A stretch of DNA of 64,000 nucleotides from Acidimicrobiia bacterium (GTDB lineage Bacteria > Actinomycetota > Acidimicrobiia > Spongiisociales > ZC4RG35), in NCBI GenBank assembly GCA_025928935.1, contig JAICNB010000007.1, positions 2,870 to 66,869 on the forward strand, read 5' to 3'. Below the pieces are notes generated by a model, which saw only the letters and a program-made list of their open reading frames with translations, did no database searches and was not told where the DNA came from. Positions 7,807 to 18,572 of this stretch are shown one piece after another (position 1 is the first letter of the stretch; each line of letters opens with the position of its first letter). Made by a program: the position numbers and the translations under genes.

Positions 7807-9495
7807 ATGGGACGAAATCCGTTTGCGATGAGGACATTGGCCCTGCTGGCCGTCGTCACGCTGGTCGTCGCCGCTTGTAGCACTGGCGGCACCGAAGACA
7901 CCACGGCTACCACCGGGGGTGAGGCGACAGGTGATGTGCCCAACCCCGATGTGCTCATCGCCACGGTCAACGACGACGTCTTCAACCTGGACCCTGCCGC
8001 CGTCAATGGCAATGACGTCGGCATGGACGTGATCCTCAACGTGTACGACCGGCTTGTGGCCCTCGCCCCGGAAGACGGCGCCGTTACCCCGTCGCTGGCC
8101 ACCGAGGTTCCCAGCCTCGACAACGGCCTCATCTCCGAGGACGGGCTCACCTACACCTTCCCCCTCCGGGAGGGCGTTGTGTTCTCGGACGGGACCGAGA
8201 TGACCGCCGAAGACGTCAAGTACTCCTGGGACCGGGTGGTGGAGATGAATCTGCCCGAGGGCCAGGCCCCGCTCTTCGACAACGTGGCTGAGACGACGGT
8301 GGTGGACGACCTCACATTCGAGGTCACCCTGAGTCAGGTCGACGCCTCGTTCCTCGCATTCCTCGCCGCCCACCCGGTGGCGTCGGTGGTCAGTCAGGAC
8401 GCCGTGGAAGAAAATGGAGGCATCGCAGCCGGGCAGCCCAACGAGTACATGGCCCAGAACATGGTGGGCACCGGCCCTTACACGCTGACCAGTTGGGAAC
8501 GTGCCGACCGCATGAGCTTCGACATCAACCCCGACTATTGGGGCGAGCCGGCCCATCTGCCGGTGCGCTGGGAGCTGATCGTCGACTCGCCGGCTACCGG
8601 TCTCCAGGCCCGTGAGTACGACATCGTCGACATCAGCCCCACCGACGTTCCCTCCTTCGAGGGGATCGAGCATGCCGTGGTCAACACCGACATCCTCGAC
8701 CTGCAGGTCCTCCAGATCGGGATGAACATGAACATCGCCGAGGGCTCCCTGCCCGAAGGAGACACCATTCCGCTCGATTTCTTCCAGGACGTTCGGATCC
8801 GGCAGGCGTTCAACTACGCCTTCGACTACCAGGGCTATATCGACGGGATCCTGGGTGGCCTGGGCGGACGGAACAGCTTCGTCCTCCCGGTGGAGATGTA
8901 TGGCTACGACCCCGATGCCCCGATATACGAGACCGACCCGGACATGGCCGAGCAGCTCTTCACCGAGGCCGGTTACTGGGAAGAGGGATTCACCGTCTCG
9001 ATCTACAGCGACCAGACCCATGAGGGGTTCACCGGGGCGGCGCTGACCCTCAAGGACAGCGTCGAGGCTCTCAACCCCAACTTCCACGTCAACGTCCTTG
9101 CCGTGCCCGAGGCGCAGTTCGACGAGGTGCTGGCCACCGACCCGCTCCCGACCGGGATGTGGTCCTACACCAGCTCGCAATACAGCACCCCGGATGCCTA
9201 TCTCTTCGACAGCGCGATCTCAGACGGAAGGTACGGGGCTGTGAACAGCTTCGTTGACGGGTACTCCGACCCGGCCGCCATCGACGAACTGATCAACTCG
9301 GCCCGTACCGCGCTCGACGAGCAGGAGCGCCTGGACATCCTCTCCGAGATCCAGAGCGTCCTCTACGAGGAGGCCATGTGGATCATGCCGGCCAACGAGG
9401 GCGCACCCTCCGCCGCCGGCGACTGGGTGACCGGCCACATCGAGAACCCGATGTGGCCGCGCCCGTCGCAGTACTGGGCCATATACGACAAGTGA
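7807..9495 (+). CDS. ABC transporter substrate-binding lipoprotein, peptide/nickel (family 5, DppA/OppA-like)
   Basis: 562 aa. SD GAGGAGG upstream. The signal peptide has lipobox LVVAAC. Family-5 SBP length and motifs (YTFPLREGVVFSDGT, NPDYWG). Confidence 0.9.
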   Translation: MGRNPFAMRTLALLAVVTLVVAACSTGGTEDTTATTGGEATGDVPNPDVLIATVNDDVFNLDPAAVNGNDVGMDVILNVYDRLVALAPEDGAVTPSLATEVPSLDNGLISEDGLTYTFPLREGVVFSDGTEMTAEDVKYSWDRVVEMNLPEGQAPLFDNVAETTVVDDLTFEVTLSQVDASFLAFLAAHPVASVVSQDAVEENGGIAAGQPNEYMAQNMVGTGPYTLTSWERADRMSFDINPDYWGEPAHLPVRWELIVDSPATGLQAREYDIVDISPTDVPSFEGIEHAVVNTDILDLQVLQIGMNMNIAEGSLPEGDTIPLDFFQDVRIRQAFNYAFDYQGYIDGILGGLGGRNSFVLPVEMYGYDPDAPIYETDPDMAEQLFTEAGYWEEGFTVSIYSDQTHEGFTGAALTLKDSVEALNPNFHVNVLAVPEAQFDEVLATDPLPTGMWSYTSSQYSTPDAYLFDSAISDGRYGAVNSFVDGYSDPAAIDELINSARTALDEQERLDILSEIQSVLYEEAMWIMPANEGAPSAAGDWVTGHIENPMWPRPSQYWAIYDK

Positions 9496-9596
9496 GGTAA
9501 CCACCGTCCCAGATCCCGAAATCGCCTCGACTATCCCGGTGGGTCAGGGTGACTGCCGGGCGCGGTGACGTAGACTGGCCGCAGGGAGCTTGACTG

Positions 9597-10607
9597 GTGC
9601 ACAGGTATATAGGGCGACGTCTCTTGGGGCTTCCCCTCGTCATCATCATGGTGAGCATCCTGGTCTTCGCGCTCACCCGTATCGGTGGCACGCCGATCGG
9701 CCCCTATCTGGAGCCGGGGATGACCGACGAGGAGATCGCCGCCCTCGAGGAGCGTTTCAACCTCGACGAGCCGCTCCCAATGCAATACCTGGCCTGGTTG
9801 GGCGGGGTGGTGCAGGGCGATCTGGGCTGGTCGGCGGTGGCCGCCGCGCCGGTGGTCGACGTATTCAGACAGAGGATCCCGGCATCGTTCGAGTTGGGGG
9901 CCTTCGCGGCCCTCTGGGCGGTGGCCTTGGGGGTGGGACTCGGCACCTTCGCGGCGCGTCGTCGCAATCGCGTGGGAGACCAGGTCGCCGGCGTCGTCGC
10001 CGTGGGCGGGGCGAGCATGCCCACCTTCTGGTTGGGAATCGTCCTCCTCATCATCTTCTGGTCCTACCTCGGATGGTTCCCCCACGGGAGGTCCGATCCC
10101 GACATCTGGGCCAGCATCTCCCACCCGACCAACTTCTACACGATCGATGCGATCCTCGCCGGGAACGTGAATGCTCTCAAAGACGCCCTATGGCATCTAG
10201 TCCTCCCGGCCCTGACCCTCGGCTACGCCGCAGTCGGCATCGTGACCAGGATGATGCGCTCCTCACTCCTCGAGGAGATGGGGAAGGATTACGTCGATGC
10301 CGCCCGTGCCCGTGGCCTCCCCGAGAGACTCGTGGTCCGGCGTCATGCCCGGCGGAACGCCTTCATCCCGACCATCACCGTGATCGGTCTCTCGATCGGG
10401 ATCATGTTCGAAGGGACCGTCGTGGTGGAGACAATCTTCGGCTGGCCCGGGCTGGGCAGTTGGATGGCGAGCTCGGTCCTCAGTGGTGATCAGGGCACCA
10501 CCCTCGCTTTCGTCATCTTCACCAGCATTCTCTTCGTGACCATCAACATGCTGGTCGACGTCATGTATGGGTACCTCGACCGGCGTGTCATGTTGAGGAA
10601 GTCCTAG
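9597..10607 (+). CDS. ABC transporter permease (DppB/OppB-like)
   Basis: GTG start. The N-terminus is HRYIGRRLLGLPLVIIMVSILVF. It carries the EEMGKDYVDAARARGL EAA-loop motif. Confidence 0.9.
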   Translation: MHRYIGRRLLGLPLVIIMVSILVFALTRIGGTPIGPYLEPGMTDEEIAALEERFNLDEPLPMQYLAWLGGVVQGDLGWSAVAAAPVVDVFRQRIPASFELGAFAALWAVALGVGLGTFAARRRNRVGDQVAGVVAVGGASMPTFWLGIVLLIIFWSYLGWFPHGRSDPDIWASISHPTNFYTIDAILAGNVNALKDALWHLVLPALTLGYAAVGIVTRMMRSSLLEEMGKDYVDAARARGLPERLVVRRHARRNAFIPTITVIGLSIGIMFEGTVVVETIFGWPGLGSWMASSVLSGDQGTTLAFVIFTSILFVTINMLVDVMYGYLDRRVMLRKS

Positions 10608-10609
10608 CC

Positions 10610-11539
10610 ATGCTGTTCCACGCTGTGCGCGCCGAGAAAGCCCCGGCGGTGATCCGGGAAACGCCCGCCAAGGTGAGGACCCGGCGTCTACTCGGGACCG
10701 CCAAAGAGGTGTTCAGCCGGAGCAGCACCGCGGTGGGCGCCCTCATCATCGTCCTTCTCCTCGGCATGGCCATCTTCGCCCCGTTCATCGTCGACGTGAA
10801 CCCTCGCGGCGCCTATCAGATGCCCAGAGATCTGAGCGCTGTGGCGGTGCCGCCGGGAACGGAGGGTCATCTTCTCGGCACCACCCGCCTGGGCGGGGAT
10901 GTCCTCTATGGGATCGTGTGGGGCGCCCGACTCTCGCTCCAACTCTCCTTGTACGTCGTCGCCGGCGCGGTTTTCCTGGGCTTGATCGTGGGGTGCACGG
11001 CCGGGATCGTCGGGGGCAAGGTCGATGCCTTCCTGATGAGGATCGTCGACGTGTTCCTCTCCATACCCACGCTGGTGTTCCCCCTCGCCATCGCCGCCGT
11101 GCTGGGGCCGTCGTTCGCCAACATCGTGGTCGCCCTGGCCGTGATCATGTGGGCGCGCTATGCCCGGATCATCCGCAGCCAGATCCTCCAAGTTCGGGAG
11201 GAGGACTACGTCGACGCGGCACGGGTCATCGGCGACTCCAGGTTCGGCATCATCAGGAGGGAGATCCTGCCCAACTCGTTCACCCCTGTGGCGGTACAGG
11301 CCACGCTCGACATGGGCCATGCCGTGCTGTTGGGCGCGACGCTGGCCTTCATCGGCCTCGCCGTCGCCGGCCAGGCGGAGTGGGGCACCCTGGTCAGCGA
11401 GGGCCAGGCCGACATCGTCGCCGGGCGTTGGTGGACCTCCACCTTCCCCGGACTCATGGTCTTCCTCTGGGCCCTCTCGTTCAACCTGGTCGGGGACGGC
11501 CTCCGGGACGTGCTCGACCCCCGCACCGAAGGTCGTTGA
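10610..11539 (+). CDS. ABC transporter permease (DppC/OppC-like)
   Basis: 309 aa, starting 2 nt after the upstream stop. It has the HLLGTTRLGGDVL motif and the EAA loop EDYVDAARVIGDS. Confidence 0.9.
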   Translation: MLFHAVRAEKAPAVIRETPAKVRTRRLLGTAKEVFSRSSTAVGALIIVLLLGMAIFAPFIVDVNPRGAYQMPRDLSAVAVPPGTEGHLLGTTRLGGDVLYGIVWGARLSLQLSLYVVAGAVFLGLIVGCTAGIVGGKVDAFLMRIVDVFLSIPTLVFPLAIAAVLGPSFANIVVALAVIMWARYARIIRSQILQVREEDYVDAARVIGDSRFGIIRREILPNSFTPVAVQATLDMGHAVLLGATLAFIGLAVAGQAEWGTLVSEGQADIVAGRWWTSTFPGLMVFLWALSFNLVGDGLRDVLDPRTEGR

Positions 11540-11644
11540 GGCACTCCAGGCCTCTCGACATCCTGAACCAGGCCAATCGTGGTGGACCCGGGGCCGCCCT
11601 CATCCGTCCCTCCGAGTCAGTCGATTGAGACAATTTCCCCGTGC

Positions 11645-11656
11645 ACAATCGTTTGT
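11645..11656. promoter_or_regulatory. candidate LacI-family operator (ACAATCGTTTGT, 10/12)
   Basis: Lies 19 nt upstream of the MFS ATG, in the gap after the permease genes. Confidence 0.45.
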
Positions 11657-11674
11657 AGGATCCCTCGCTCAGCG

Positions 11675-12883
11675 ATGCGAGGTTATCTGCACCAGCTCCG
11701 GGTCAGCGGAGGTCTGAGAGAGCCCGGTCTGGTGTCGGGCGCGGTGTTGACCCTCACCGCGATTGCATTCTTTCGAGTCCCCCTCCTCCCCGAGCTCGGT
11801 CGGGAGCTGGCCATGACCACCTTCCAGCTGGGATTGGTGACGACCATCTTCGCCGTCGGCCGGCTCGTCGCAGATCTTCCGGGTGGTCACTTCGCCGACC
11901 GGGTGAGGGCGCGCAGCCTCATCGCCTTGTCCGCCGTAGGAGTGGCCGCCGGCAGTCTCGTCATGGGTATGTCGGTGGCGGCGCTCACCATCTACATCGG
12001 CGCTTTCGCTCTCGGCGTCTCCTCGTCGACGACCAATGCCACCGGCATGACGTTCTTCTCCAATGTCGGCGGGGACAGTCACCGTGGCACCTCTATGGCT
12101 GTGTTCTCGGCCGCGCTCCTCGGGGGGCAGGCGTTGGGGCCGGCCGTGGCAGGTGTGCTCGCCTCTGCCGGCGGCTGGCGCGTCACGATGTTCGTGGCGA
12201 GCGCGGTGGCGACGGTGACCGCCGTCGTCCTGCTCCTGGTAAGGCCCGGGCAATCGGTCCCCGCCACCGCTCCGAAGTGGGGAGGAGAATCTGATCCCGT
12301 GGGCGTCGCGAGGCCTCATTTGGTGCCCGTGTTGGTCCTGCAGAGTGTCTCGTTCGCTGTGTTCCTCACTCTCGGGGCGGTTCCTCAGACACTCGTCCCA
12401 CTGATCGGGGCCGATGACCTCGGCCTGGGCACCGCTGCGATCGGGCTCGCGCTCGGCTTGGGAGGAGTTGCGCGGTTCGCGGGCACCATCGTGGGTGGGA
12501 TCCTGTCGGATCGCGTGTCGCGCAAGGCCGCTCTGGTGCCCGGGCTGATCGTGCAGGCGGCGGGGGTCGCTCTTCTCGCTCTCGAGCCGAGCATGGCGTC
12601 CTGGCTGTCAGCCATCGTCATCATGTCATTGGCGAGCTTCGCCGTGCCCGTTGCGGCCACCATCCTCGGCGACATCACCGATTCGTCCCGGGTCGGCACC
12701 CAACTGGGCCGGTTTCGGTTCGTGGGTGACCTCGGGCTGATTGCCGGACCGGTGGTGGTGAGTGCCTTGTTCGAGGCTGTGGGGCGGACTGCGGCCTTCG
12801 CTTTCGTGGCGCTGGTCCTCGTCGTCCCCGCGGTCCTCGCTTGGCGATTCCTCCCCGACTCCCTCGACCGTTTGGTCACTTGA
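11675..12883 (+). CDS. MFS transporter
   Basis: Start at ATG 11675 (MRGYLHQL...). It shows about 12 hydrophobic segments and the MFS loop motif GRLVADLPGGHFADRV. Confidence 0.8.
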   Translation: MRGYLHQLRVSGGLREPGLVSGAVLTLTAIAFFRVPLLPELGRELAMTTFQLGLVTTIFAVGRLVADLPGGHFADRVRARSLIALSAVGVAAGSLVMGMSVAALTIYIGAFALGVSSSTTNATGMTFFSNVGGDSHRGTSMAVFSAALLGGQALGPAVAGVLASAGGWRVTMFVASAVATVTAVVLLLVRPGQSVPATAPKWGGESDPVGVARPHLVPVLVLQSVSFAVFLTLGAVPQTLVPLIGADDLGLGTAAIGLALGLGGVARFAGTIVGGILSDRVSRKAALVPGLIVQAAGVALLALEPSMASWLSAIVIMSLASFAVPVAATILGDITDSSRVGTQLGRFRFVGDLGLIAGPVVVSALFEAVGRTAAFAFVALVLVVPAVLAWRFLPDSLDRLVT

Positions 12884-12937
12884 GGATTGATCATCGAGGG
12901 GGCCGGACCGCGATTCACCCACAGGTACTCTCGCGTC

Positions 12938-13999
12938 ATGAGCTCGTCGGTGGTCGGCGACGATACGCGGGGGTCGAGAGCGCCAACGCTGCGCGACGTG
13001 GCCAGGGAGGCCGGCGTCCACGTGTCGACGGTGTCGAGGGTCCTCAACGGCCAGGCCGCCGCCGGGCGCATCACCCAGGACACGGAGGAGCGGATACGTG
13101 ATGTCGCCAGCCGCCTGGGGTACCGGCACAACAACATCGCTCGGGCGTTGCGCACCGGGCGCACCCTGGTTGTCGGAATGGTGGTCCCCGACGTGGGAAA
13201 CCTGTATCAGGCCGGGATCACCAGGGGCGCGGGCGACGTCCTGTACGCCGGTGGCTACTCGCTGATCCTCGCCAGCACCGACGACGACCCTGCACATGCC
13301 GAGTCCCAGGTCGCGGCAATGCTCGGGGTGCAGGCCGATGGCCTCATGTACGGGGTCGCCCGCGAAGACGACCCGGTGCTGGCCGGGATCGTGGCCCAGG
13401 ATGTCCCGGTGGTCCTCTTCAACCGCGCCGCGGACCTACCGGCTGTGAGCGCGGTACTTCCCGATGACCTCGCCGGCACACGGATGGCGGTCGAGCACCT
13501 GCTCGCCCTGGGCCATCGCCACATCGTGCACGTCGGGGGGCCGGAGGCCGTTTCCTCGACGGTGAACCGTCTCGCCGCCTTCGAGAACCTCCTCCAGGCA
13601 AGGGGGATCACCGGGATTCATCGGCTCGCCCGTCGTCACACCGAGGAGGAAGGGCATCGGGTCACCCGTCAGCTGTTGGAGGAGCACCCCGAAACCACTG
13701 CGGTGCTCGCCGCCAACGACCGGCTCGCCCTCGGCGCGATCGATGCGATCCGGGACAGTGGCCGATCATGCCCTGACGACGTCTCGGTGGTCGGCTTCAA
13801 CGACATGCCCTACAGCGACCGGTTCTCCCCATCCCTGACCACGGTGCGGATCTCCCAATACGAGCTGGGAGGTCGCGTGGCCCGTCTCCTGCTGGAGACC
13901 ATCGCCGATCCGGGGCGCCCCCCGGAGACCCACCTGGTCACTCCGGAGCTGATCGTCAGGGGATCCACAGCCGTCCCACCAGCTGAAACCTCGACCTGA
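12938..13999 (+). CDS. LacI family transcriptional regulator
   Basis: N-terminal [26 protein letters not shown] plus a periplasmic-binding-protein-like effector domain ([11 protein letters not shown]). The ATG at 12938 is preferred over the TTG at 12887. Confidence 0.9.
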   Translation: MSSSVVGDDTRGSRAPTLRDVAREAGVHVSTVSRVLNGQAAAGRITQDTEERIRDVASRLGYRHNNIARALRTGRTLVVGMVVPDVGNLYQAGITRGAGDVLYAGGYSLILASTDDDPAHAESQVAAMLGVQADGLMYGVAREDDPVLAGIVAQDVPVVLFNRAADLPAVSAVLPDDLAGTRMAVEHLLALGHRHIVHVGGPEAVSSTVNRLAAFENLLQARGITGIHRLARRHTEEEGHRVTRQLLEEHPETTAVLAANDRLALGAIDAIRDSGRSCPDDVSVVGFNDMPYSDRFSPSLTTVRISQYELGGRVARLLLETIADPGRPPETHLVTPELIVRGSTAVPPAETST

Positions 14000-14029
14000 C
14001 AGGGCGTGTCTCCGGGCGTTACCCTCTGA

Positions 14030-14041
14030 ACAACCGTTTGC
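14030..14041. promoter_or_regulatory. candidate LacI-family operator (ACAACCGTTTGC, 10/12)
   Basis: Lies 31 nt after the lacI-family stop and about 55-60 nt upstream of the creatininase-family start. Confidence 0.45.
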
Positions 14042-14093
14042 GCAGGTCTCGACCCACCGGGAACGATGGCAGTGCAGATGTCGAGCCAGGAGG

Positions 14094-14879
14094 GTGACCG
14101 AATTGAACTTGGATCGTCTGCTCCTCGCCAACATGACCCAACCCCAGGCCGAGGAGGCGCTCGGGAGGGGAACGGCGGTCCTGGTCACCGGGAGCATCGA
14201 GCAACATGGGGCCCATCTGCCCCTTGGCACCGATGCCTTCGCCGCATTGGCCATCGCGCTCCGGGTCGGAGAGCGACTCGACGCCCCGGTCCTGCCCCTC
14301 TCGTCACTGGGCGTCGCTCCTTACCACCTCCCCTGGCCCGGGTCGCTCACGATCACCCCGGCCACCCTGACCTCCCTGATGCTCGATGTGTCCGCAGGGC
14401 TCTCGGCGGCCGGCGTGGACAGAGTCGTGGTCGTCAACTGGCACGAGGGCAACACGCCGGCCATCCGTGTCGCCGCCGACAAGGTGCAGGCCGCTCACCC
14501 GATGCGTGTGATCGTGGCCGAGGCCCATGTGGTCACCCATGGCCTGTTCCCCGACGAGATGGAGTTCACCCATGCCGGTTCGATGGAGACCGCCGCGGTC
14601 CTGACTCATGACCCGTCGCTGGTGAGGCTCGAGGAGCTGGCCGGGGGTGATCCGGTGCAAGAAGGGTCGGACGGTCACGCCCTCTTCCGTCGTCGCGACG
14701 TCTTCCCCGTGATGAAGGACTTCAGAGAGGTCGCCTCGAGTGGTTGGTATGGCACTCCCACGTCAGTGACCGAGGAGCGCGCCCGGGAGATCATCGACGT
14801 GGTGGCAGCGCACATCGCCGGGTCGGTGGAGGAGGTCTGGAAGGCGCTGGTGGAGCGTCGATCCGAGGACAGCCAATGA
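14094..14879 (+). CDS. creatininase family amidohydrolase
   Basis: The GSIEQHGAHLPLGTD motif is characteristic of the creatinine amidohydrolase family. The ORF-track start is GTG 14094, but the SD AGGAGG abuts it, so the TTG at 14103 is an equally likely start. Confidence 0.85.
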   Translation: MTELNLDRLLLANMTQPQAEEALGRGTAVLVTGSIEQHGAHLPLGTDAFAALAIALRVGERLDAPVLPLSSLGVAPYHLPWPGSLTITPATLTSLMLDVSAGLSAAGVDRVVVVNWHEGNTPAIRVAADKVQAAHPMRVIVAEAHVVTHGLFPDEMEFTHAGSMETAAVLTHDPSLVRLEELAGGDPVQEGSDGHALFRRRDVFPVMKDFREVASSGWYGTPTSVTEERAREIIDVVAAHIAGSVEEVWKALVERRSEDSQ

Positions 14880-15928
14880 CCAAGATGCGCGCCGCCGTCC
14901 TCCGGGGATGGAACGACCTCGCGGTCGAGGAGGTCGATGTCCCCGAGCCCGCCGCAGGAGAGGTTCTCCTCCGCGTCAAGGCATGTGGTCTCTGCGGGAC
15001 CGACCTGAAGATGGTCCACGGTGCTTTCCAGGCTCGTGGCTGGCCCCCCTCGCTTCCGTTCGTCATGGGCCACGAGTGGTCCGGCGAGGTGGTGGCCCTG
15101 GGTGACGGCCTCGAGGACCTTGACCTGCGACCTGGAGATCAGGTGGTGGCCGAGAATCACGTCGGCTGCGGCCGTTGCGCCATGTGCCGACGTGGTCGCT
15201 ACAACCTCTGCGAGAAGGCGGGGACGCCGGGGTACCGGTTGTACGGGCACACCGCCCCCGGTGCCCTGTCCGAGTACGCGGTGCGGCCTGCGCAGATGCT
15301 GCACAAGCTGCCCGAAACGGTCAGCCCGCTGGAGGGGGCACTGGTGAACCAGGGCTCCCTGACCGTGCACGCCCTGCGCAGGGTCGAGTTCCTACCCGGC
15401 TCCAGCGTGGCGATCTTCGGTCCTGGCCTCCTCGGGCTCCTCGCCGCGGCGGTGGCCTCTGCCTCGGGAGCCGCCCAGACGATCATGGTGGGCCGGGGAA
15501 GCCGACTCGACTTGGCTGGGCGAATGGGGTGTGACGATGTCGTGGACTACGAGTCAGAAGACCCCGTGGCCGGCATCCGGGACCGTACCGGGGGCCGGGG
15601 AGCCGACTATGTCCTCGACTGCAGCGGAAACCCGGAGGTGCCGGCCCAGGCCACCGGAGCCGTACGACGAGGAGGTCGAATCGCCCTCCTCGGGCTGACC
15701 GGTGGCAAGACGTCGTCGATCGACATCGATCGGCTCACCCTGGACGAGGTCGATCTGATGGGCATCCGATCGAGCCCCAACGCCTACCCGGCGATGATCG
15801 CGTTGATGCGCTCGGGCAAGGTCGATCTGAGCCCTCTGCTCACACATGTCTATCCGCTCGACTCCGTCGCCGAGGCACTGGCGGCCCTCGAGTCCCGTGA
15901 GGCCGTGCGACCGATCGTGGAGCTCTGA
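14876..15928 (+). CDS. zinc-dependent alcohol dehydrogenase (threonine/sorbitol dehydrogenase-like MDR)
   Basis: ATGA overlap with the upstream gene. Motifs are CGLCGTD, GHEWSGEV and the structural-zinc cluster CGRCAMCRRGRYNLC. Confidence 0.9.
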   Translation: MTKMRAAVLRGWNDLAVEEVDVPEPAAGEVLLRVKACGLCGTDLKMVHGAFQARGWPPSLPFVMGHEWSGEVVALGDGLEDLDLRPGDQVVAENHVGCGRCAMCRRGRYNLCEKAGTPGYRLYGHTAPGALSEYAVRPAQMLHKLPETVSPLEGALVNQGSLTVHALRRVEFLPGSSVAIFGPGLLGLLAAAVASASGAAQTIMVGRGSRLDLAGRMGCDDVVDYESEDPVAGIRDRTGGRGADYVLDCSGNPEVPAQATGAVRRGGRIALLGLTGGKTSSIDIDRLTLDEVDLMGIRSSPNAYPAMIALMRSGKVDLSPLLTHVYPLDSVAEALAALESREAVRPIVEL

Positions 15929-16404
15929 TGATCGAACACCCACACATATCCCTTTTCGGCCCCCAACAATGCGCCTGCACCGACCAGGAAGCCGAGGCGC
16001 TGGCCGTCGTGGCCGCCTATCGGGCGGCGAAGGTGTCGGAGCGAGCCCCCTTCCTTGCTCCTGGCTTCAAGCGTCACCGGGCCGGTTTCACCCACATCGG
16101 CGATCTCTGGGACCACAACGGGCCCGGGGGCATGGACGACGACTCGATGAGGGACCGTCAGAACGTGCTGATCGATCTGACGGCAAAGGGCGACAAGGTA
16201 TGGGGCATCTTCAGAGTTGTCGGCACCCACACGGGCTCCCTCTACGGGATCCCGGCCACGGGCCGTCACATCGACGTGGTGGAGGTGGGTCTATGGCGCG
16301 TCGAGGACGGGTTGATCGCCGAAGCCTGGTACTTCGGGGACGAACTGGGGATGCTCCGCGCCATCGGGCTCAACCCACCGGATCTCACCGCCCCCTCGGA
16401 ATAG
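15928..16404 (+). CDS. SnoaL-like ester cyclase family protein
   Basis: GDKVWGIFRVVGTHTGSLYGIPATGRHIDVVEVGLWRVEDGLIAEAW matches the predicted-ester-cyclase (NTF2-like) pattern. TGATG junction with the upstream gene. Confidence 0.7.
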   Translation: MIEHPHISLFGPQQCACTDQEAEALAVVAAYRAAKVSERAPFLAPGFKRHRAGFTHIGDLWDHNGPGGMDDDSMRDRQNVLIDLTAKGDKVWGIFRVVGTHTGSLYGIPATGRHIDVVEVGLWRVEDGLIAEAWYFGDELGMLRAIGLNPPDLTAPSE

Positions 16405-16453
16405 ACCTGACTGCTGTCCCTCACACCGTTCCCGGACGGATCGGCCCTGTCTC

Positions 16454-17197
16454 ATGAGCAGCGAGCTGATCCTCATCCTGGTCGTCATCTCCGTTGCCTA
16501 CCTGGTCAAGGGGGTGGCCGGGATGGGTGGCCCTCTCCTGGCGGTGCCCTTCATCGCCGGCTTGACCAGTGTCGAGCATGCGGTGGTGGTCCTGTCGCTG
16601 GCCAACATGGTCTCGAACGGATGGCTGCTGTGGGAGCACCGGTCAGGGGCCGAAGGGACCGGTTTCGTGATGATCCCCTTCCTGGCCGTGGGCACGGTCG
16701 CCACCATCGCCGGCACCTATCTGCTCACTGAGCTCGACGACAGGGTGCTGTCCGTGGTCATCGGGGTCGTCATCGTCCTCTACATCTGGCGCTACGTGGC
16801 CGACCCTGAGTTCGGGCTCAAACCGGAGACCGCGCGGCGGCTGGCGGCCCCCATGGGCCTGGTCGGGGGTGGCCTCCTCGGCGCCACCGGCACTGCCGGC
16901 CCGTTGATAACGACCTATCTGCACAGTCTCCGCATGTCCAGGTCGTCACTCATCTACATGCTGAGCCTGACCTTCCAGATCTTCGGGCTCATCCAGCTCG
17001 TGACGCTGGTCGTCCTGGGAGCGTTCACCGAGGAACGGACGGTGCAAGCGCTGCTGGCCATCCTGCCCGTGTTGGTGATGACCGCGATCGGGATCCGTCT
17101 GGGCCGACGCCTCGATCAGCGCGCGTTCGAGCTGATCGTGCTCGCGCTCCTCGGGTTCGCCGCGGTGAGGCTCTTCATGTCCGCCCTGCAGGGCTGA
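16454..17197 (+). CDS. TauE/SafE family sulfite/anion exporter
   Basis: 247 aa with about 8 TM segments. N-terminal VAYLVKGVAGMGGPLLAVP is typical of TauE/SafE. Confidence 0.85.
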   Translation: MSSELILILVVISVAYLVKGVAGMGGPLLAVPFIAGLTSVEHAVVVLSLANMVSNGWLLWEHRSGAEGTGFVMIPFLAVGTVATIAGTYLLTELDDRVLSVVIGVVIVLYIWRYVADPEFGLKPETARRLAAPMGLVGGGLLGATGTAGPLITTYLHSLRMSRSSLIYMLSLTFQIFGLIQLVTLVVLGAFTEERTVQALLAILPVLVMTAIGIRLGRRLDQRAFELIVLALLGFAAVRLFMSALQG

Positions 17198-17209
17198 CGA
17201 CGCCGGGGG

Positions 17210-18568
17210 TCAGATCCTGTGGCGCCGAGAGGTGTGGAGCACACAGGCAGTGAGATGGCCACCTCCCACATCTTCGAGCTCGACCGGCCCCTCCGGATTG
17301 AAGGTCAGGGTTACCTTGTTGCCATCGGTCGAGAAGCTCTCCAATGCCGCCTTCATCGACGCGGGGATGTCACCGTTCTCGACCTGGTGACCCACGGCGG
17401 CCGCCGCCGCCGCGTCTCCGAAGGCCAGGGTGGCGTCGAAGTTGGAGCGGCGCTCGACGCCGGTGAGCCCGGCAAGGATCGTCTCGTGCGTCCCGAGCCA
17501 TGCCACCGCGTCGTCCACCTCCCACCCGCAGATGGGGGTGGCCACCGGACAGCGGGTGTGGAAGCGGCAGCCCTCGGGTGGGTTGGCCGGGTCGGGGACC
17601 GCCCCTCGCAGGCCCTTCATCTCGGAGGTCTCGGCGTTGATGTCGGGATTGGCAGCCAGCAAAGCCTCGGTGTAGGGATGGCGTGGAGACTCGAAGAGCT
17701 CGATGGCGGTGCCTTGCTCGGCGACCTTGCCCAGGTACATGACCGCGATGCGGTCGCTCATGAGTCTCACCACACCCAGATCGTGGCTGATGAACATGTA
17801 GGTCAAACCGCGTTTCTGCTGCAGCTCGTGCAACAGGTTGAGAATCTGAGCCTGCACCGAGACGTCGAGGGCGCTGGTGGGCTCGTCGAGCACGATGAAC
17901 TCGGGGTCGAGCGCCAGGGCCCGAGCGATCGAGATGCGTTGTCTCTGCCCCCCGGAGAACTGGTGTGGGAAGCGGTAGAGATGCTGACGGCCGAGACCCA
18001 CGCTCTCCAATAGGGAGACCACCCTTTCGGTCAGCTCCTGGCCCGATGCCTCCTTCCAGATCCGCAGAGGTCGTCCGACCGTGTCCTTGACCAGCTGGCG
18101 AGGGTTGAGCGAGCTGAAGGAGTCCTGGAAGACGACCTGGCAGTTGCGGCGATACGCGCGAAACGCCTTCCCCCCCAGTTGGTCGATGCGGTGATCGGCG
18201 TCGATCCGCTGCAGCTGGGCGAGCTGCTCCTTGGTGCGTCGGTCGTCGGGTGTGGCGTCGATGTCGTCGAGGGTGGCTGCGTCCGCGTCGGTCAGCCTGA
18301 AATAGATCTTTCCCCCGCTGGGTGGCACCAGCCCGCTGATGCATCGGCCGAGGGTGGTCTTGCCACATCCCGATTCCCCGACCAAGCCGACCGTCTCCCC
18401 GGGGCGGATGTCGAACGTCACCCCGTCGACGGCCCTGACATGGCCCGCCACACGCTGCATTGCGCCTTCTTTGATCGGGAAGTGCTTCTCCACTCCCCGC
18501 AAGGAGATGACAGCGCGCCCCGCGGTGGTCTTCTCCTGTGTCCCGAGCCCGGCTATCGAGGTCGTCAT
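17210..18568 (-). CDS. ABC transporter ATP-binding protein (DppF/OppF-like) with internal insertions
   Basis: Start at ATG 18568 (MTTSIAGLG...). Walker A is GESGCGKTT, the signature is FSGGQRQR, and the C-terminal Cys motif CRFHTRCP..C is separated from H..AC by about 90 extra residues. Confidence 0.9.
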   Translation of the reverse strand: MTTSIAGLGTQEKTTAGRAVISLRGVEKHFPIKEGAMQRVAGHVRAVDGVTFDIRPGETVGLVGESGCGKTTLGRCISGLVPPSGGKIYFRLTDADAATLDDIDATPDDRRTKEQLAQLQRIDADHRIDQLGGKAFRAYRRNCQVVFQDSFSSLNPRQLVKDTVGRPLRIWKEASGQELTERVVSLLESVGLGRQHLYRFPHQFSGGQRQRISIARALALDPEFIVLDEPTSALDVSVQAQILNLLHELQQKRGLTYMFISHDLGVVRLMSDRIAVMYLGKVAEQGTAIELFESPRHPYTEALLAANPDINAETSEMKGLRGAVPDPANPPEGCRFHTRCPVATPICGWEVDDAVAWLGTHETILAGLTGVERRSNFDATLAFGDAAAAAAVGHQVENGDIPASMKAALESFSTDGNKVTLTFNPEGPVELEDVGGGHLTACVLHTSRRHRI

Positions 18569-18572
18569 CCGA

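Noticed and set aside
7654-9180. N-terminal about 500 aa of the 898-aa minus-strand ORF (6484..9180).
   Set aside because: It is antisense to the well-supported SBP gene. Its translation is Gly/Arg/Val/His-rich with no recognisable motifs. Such long shadow ORFs are expected in GC3-rich DNA. Only the C-terminal M24 part (6484-7653) looks real.
14094-14879. The creatininase-family gene as mycofactocin MftE.
   Set aside because: No mftA precursor, mftB, radical-SAM mftC, mftD or mftF genes are nearby. The context is catabolic and transport-related.
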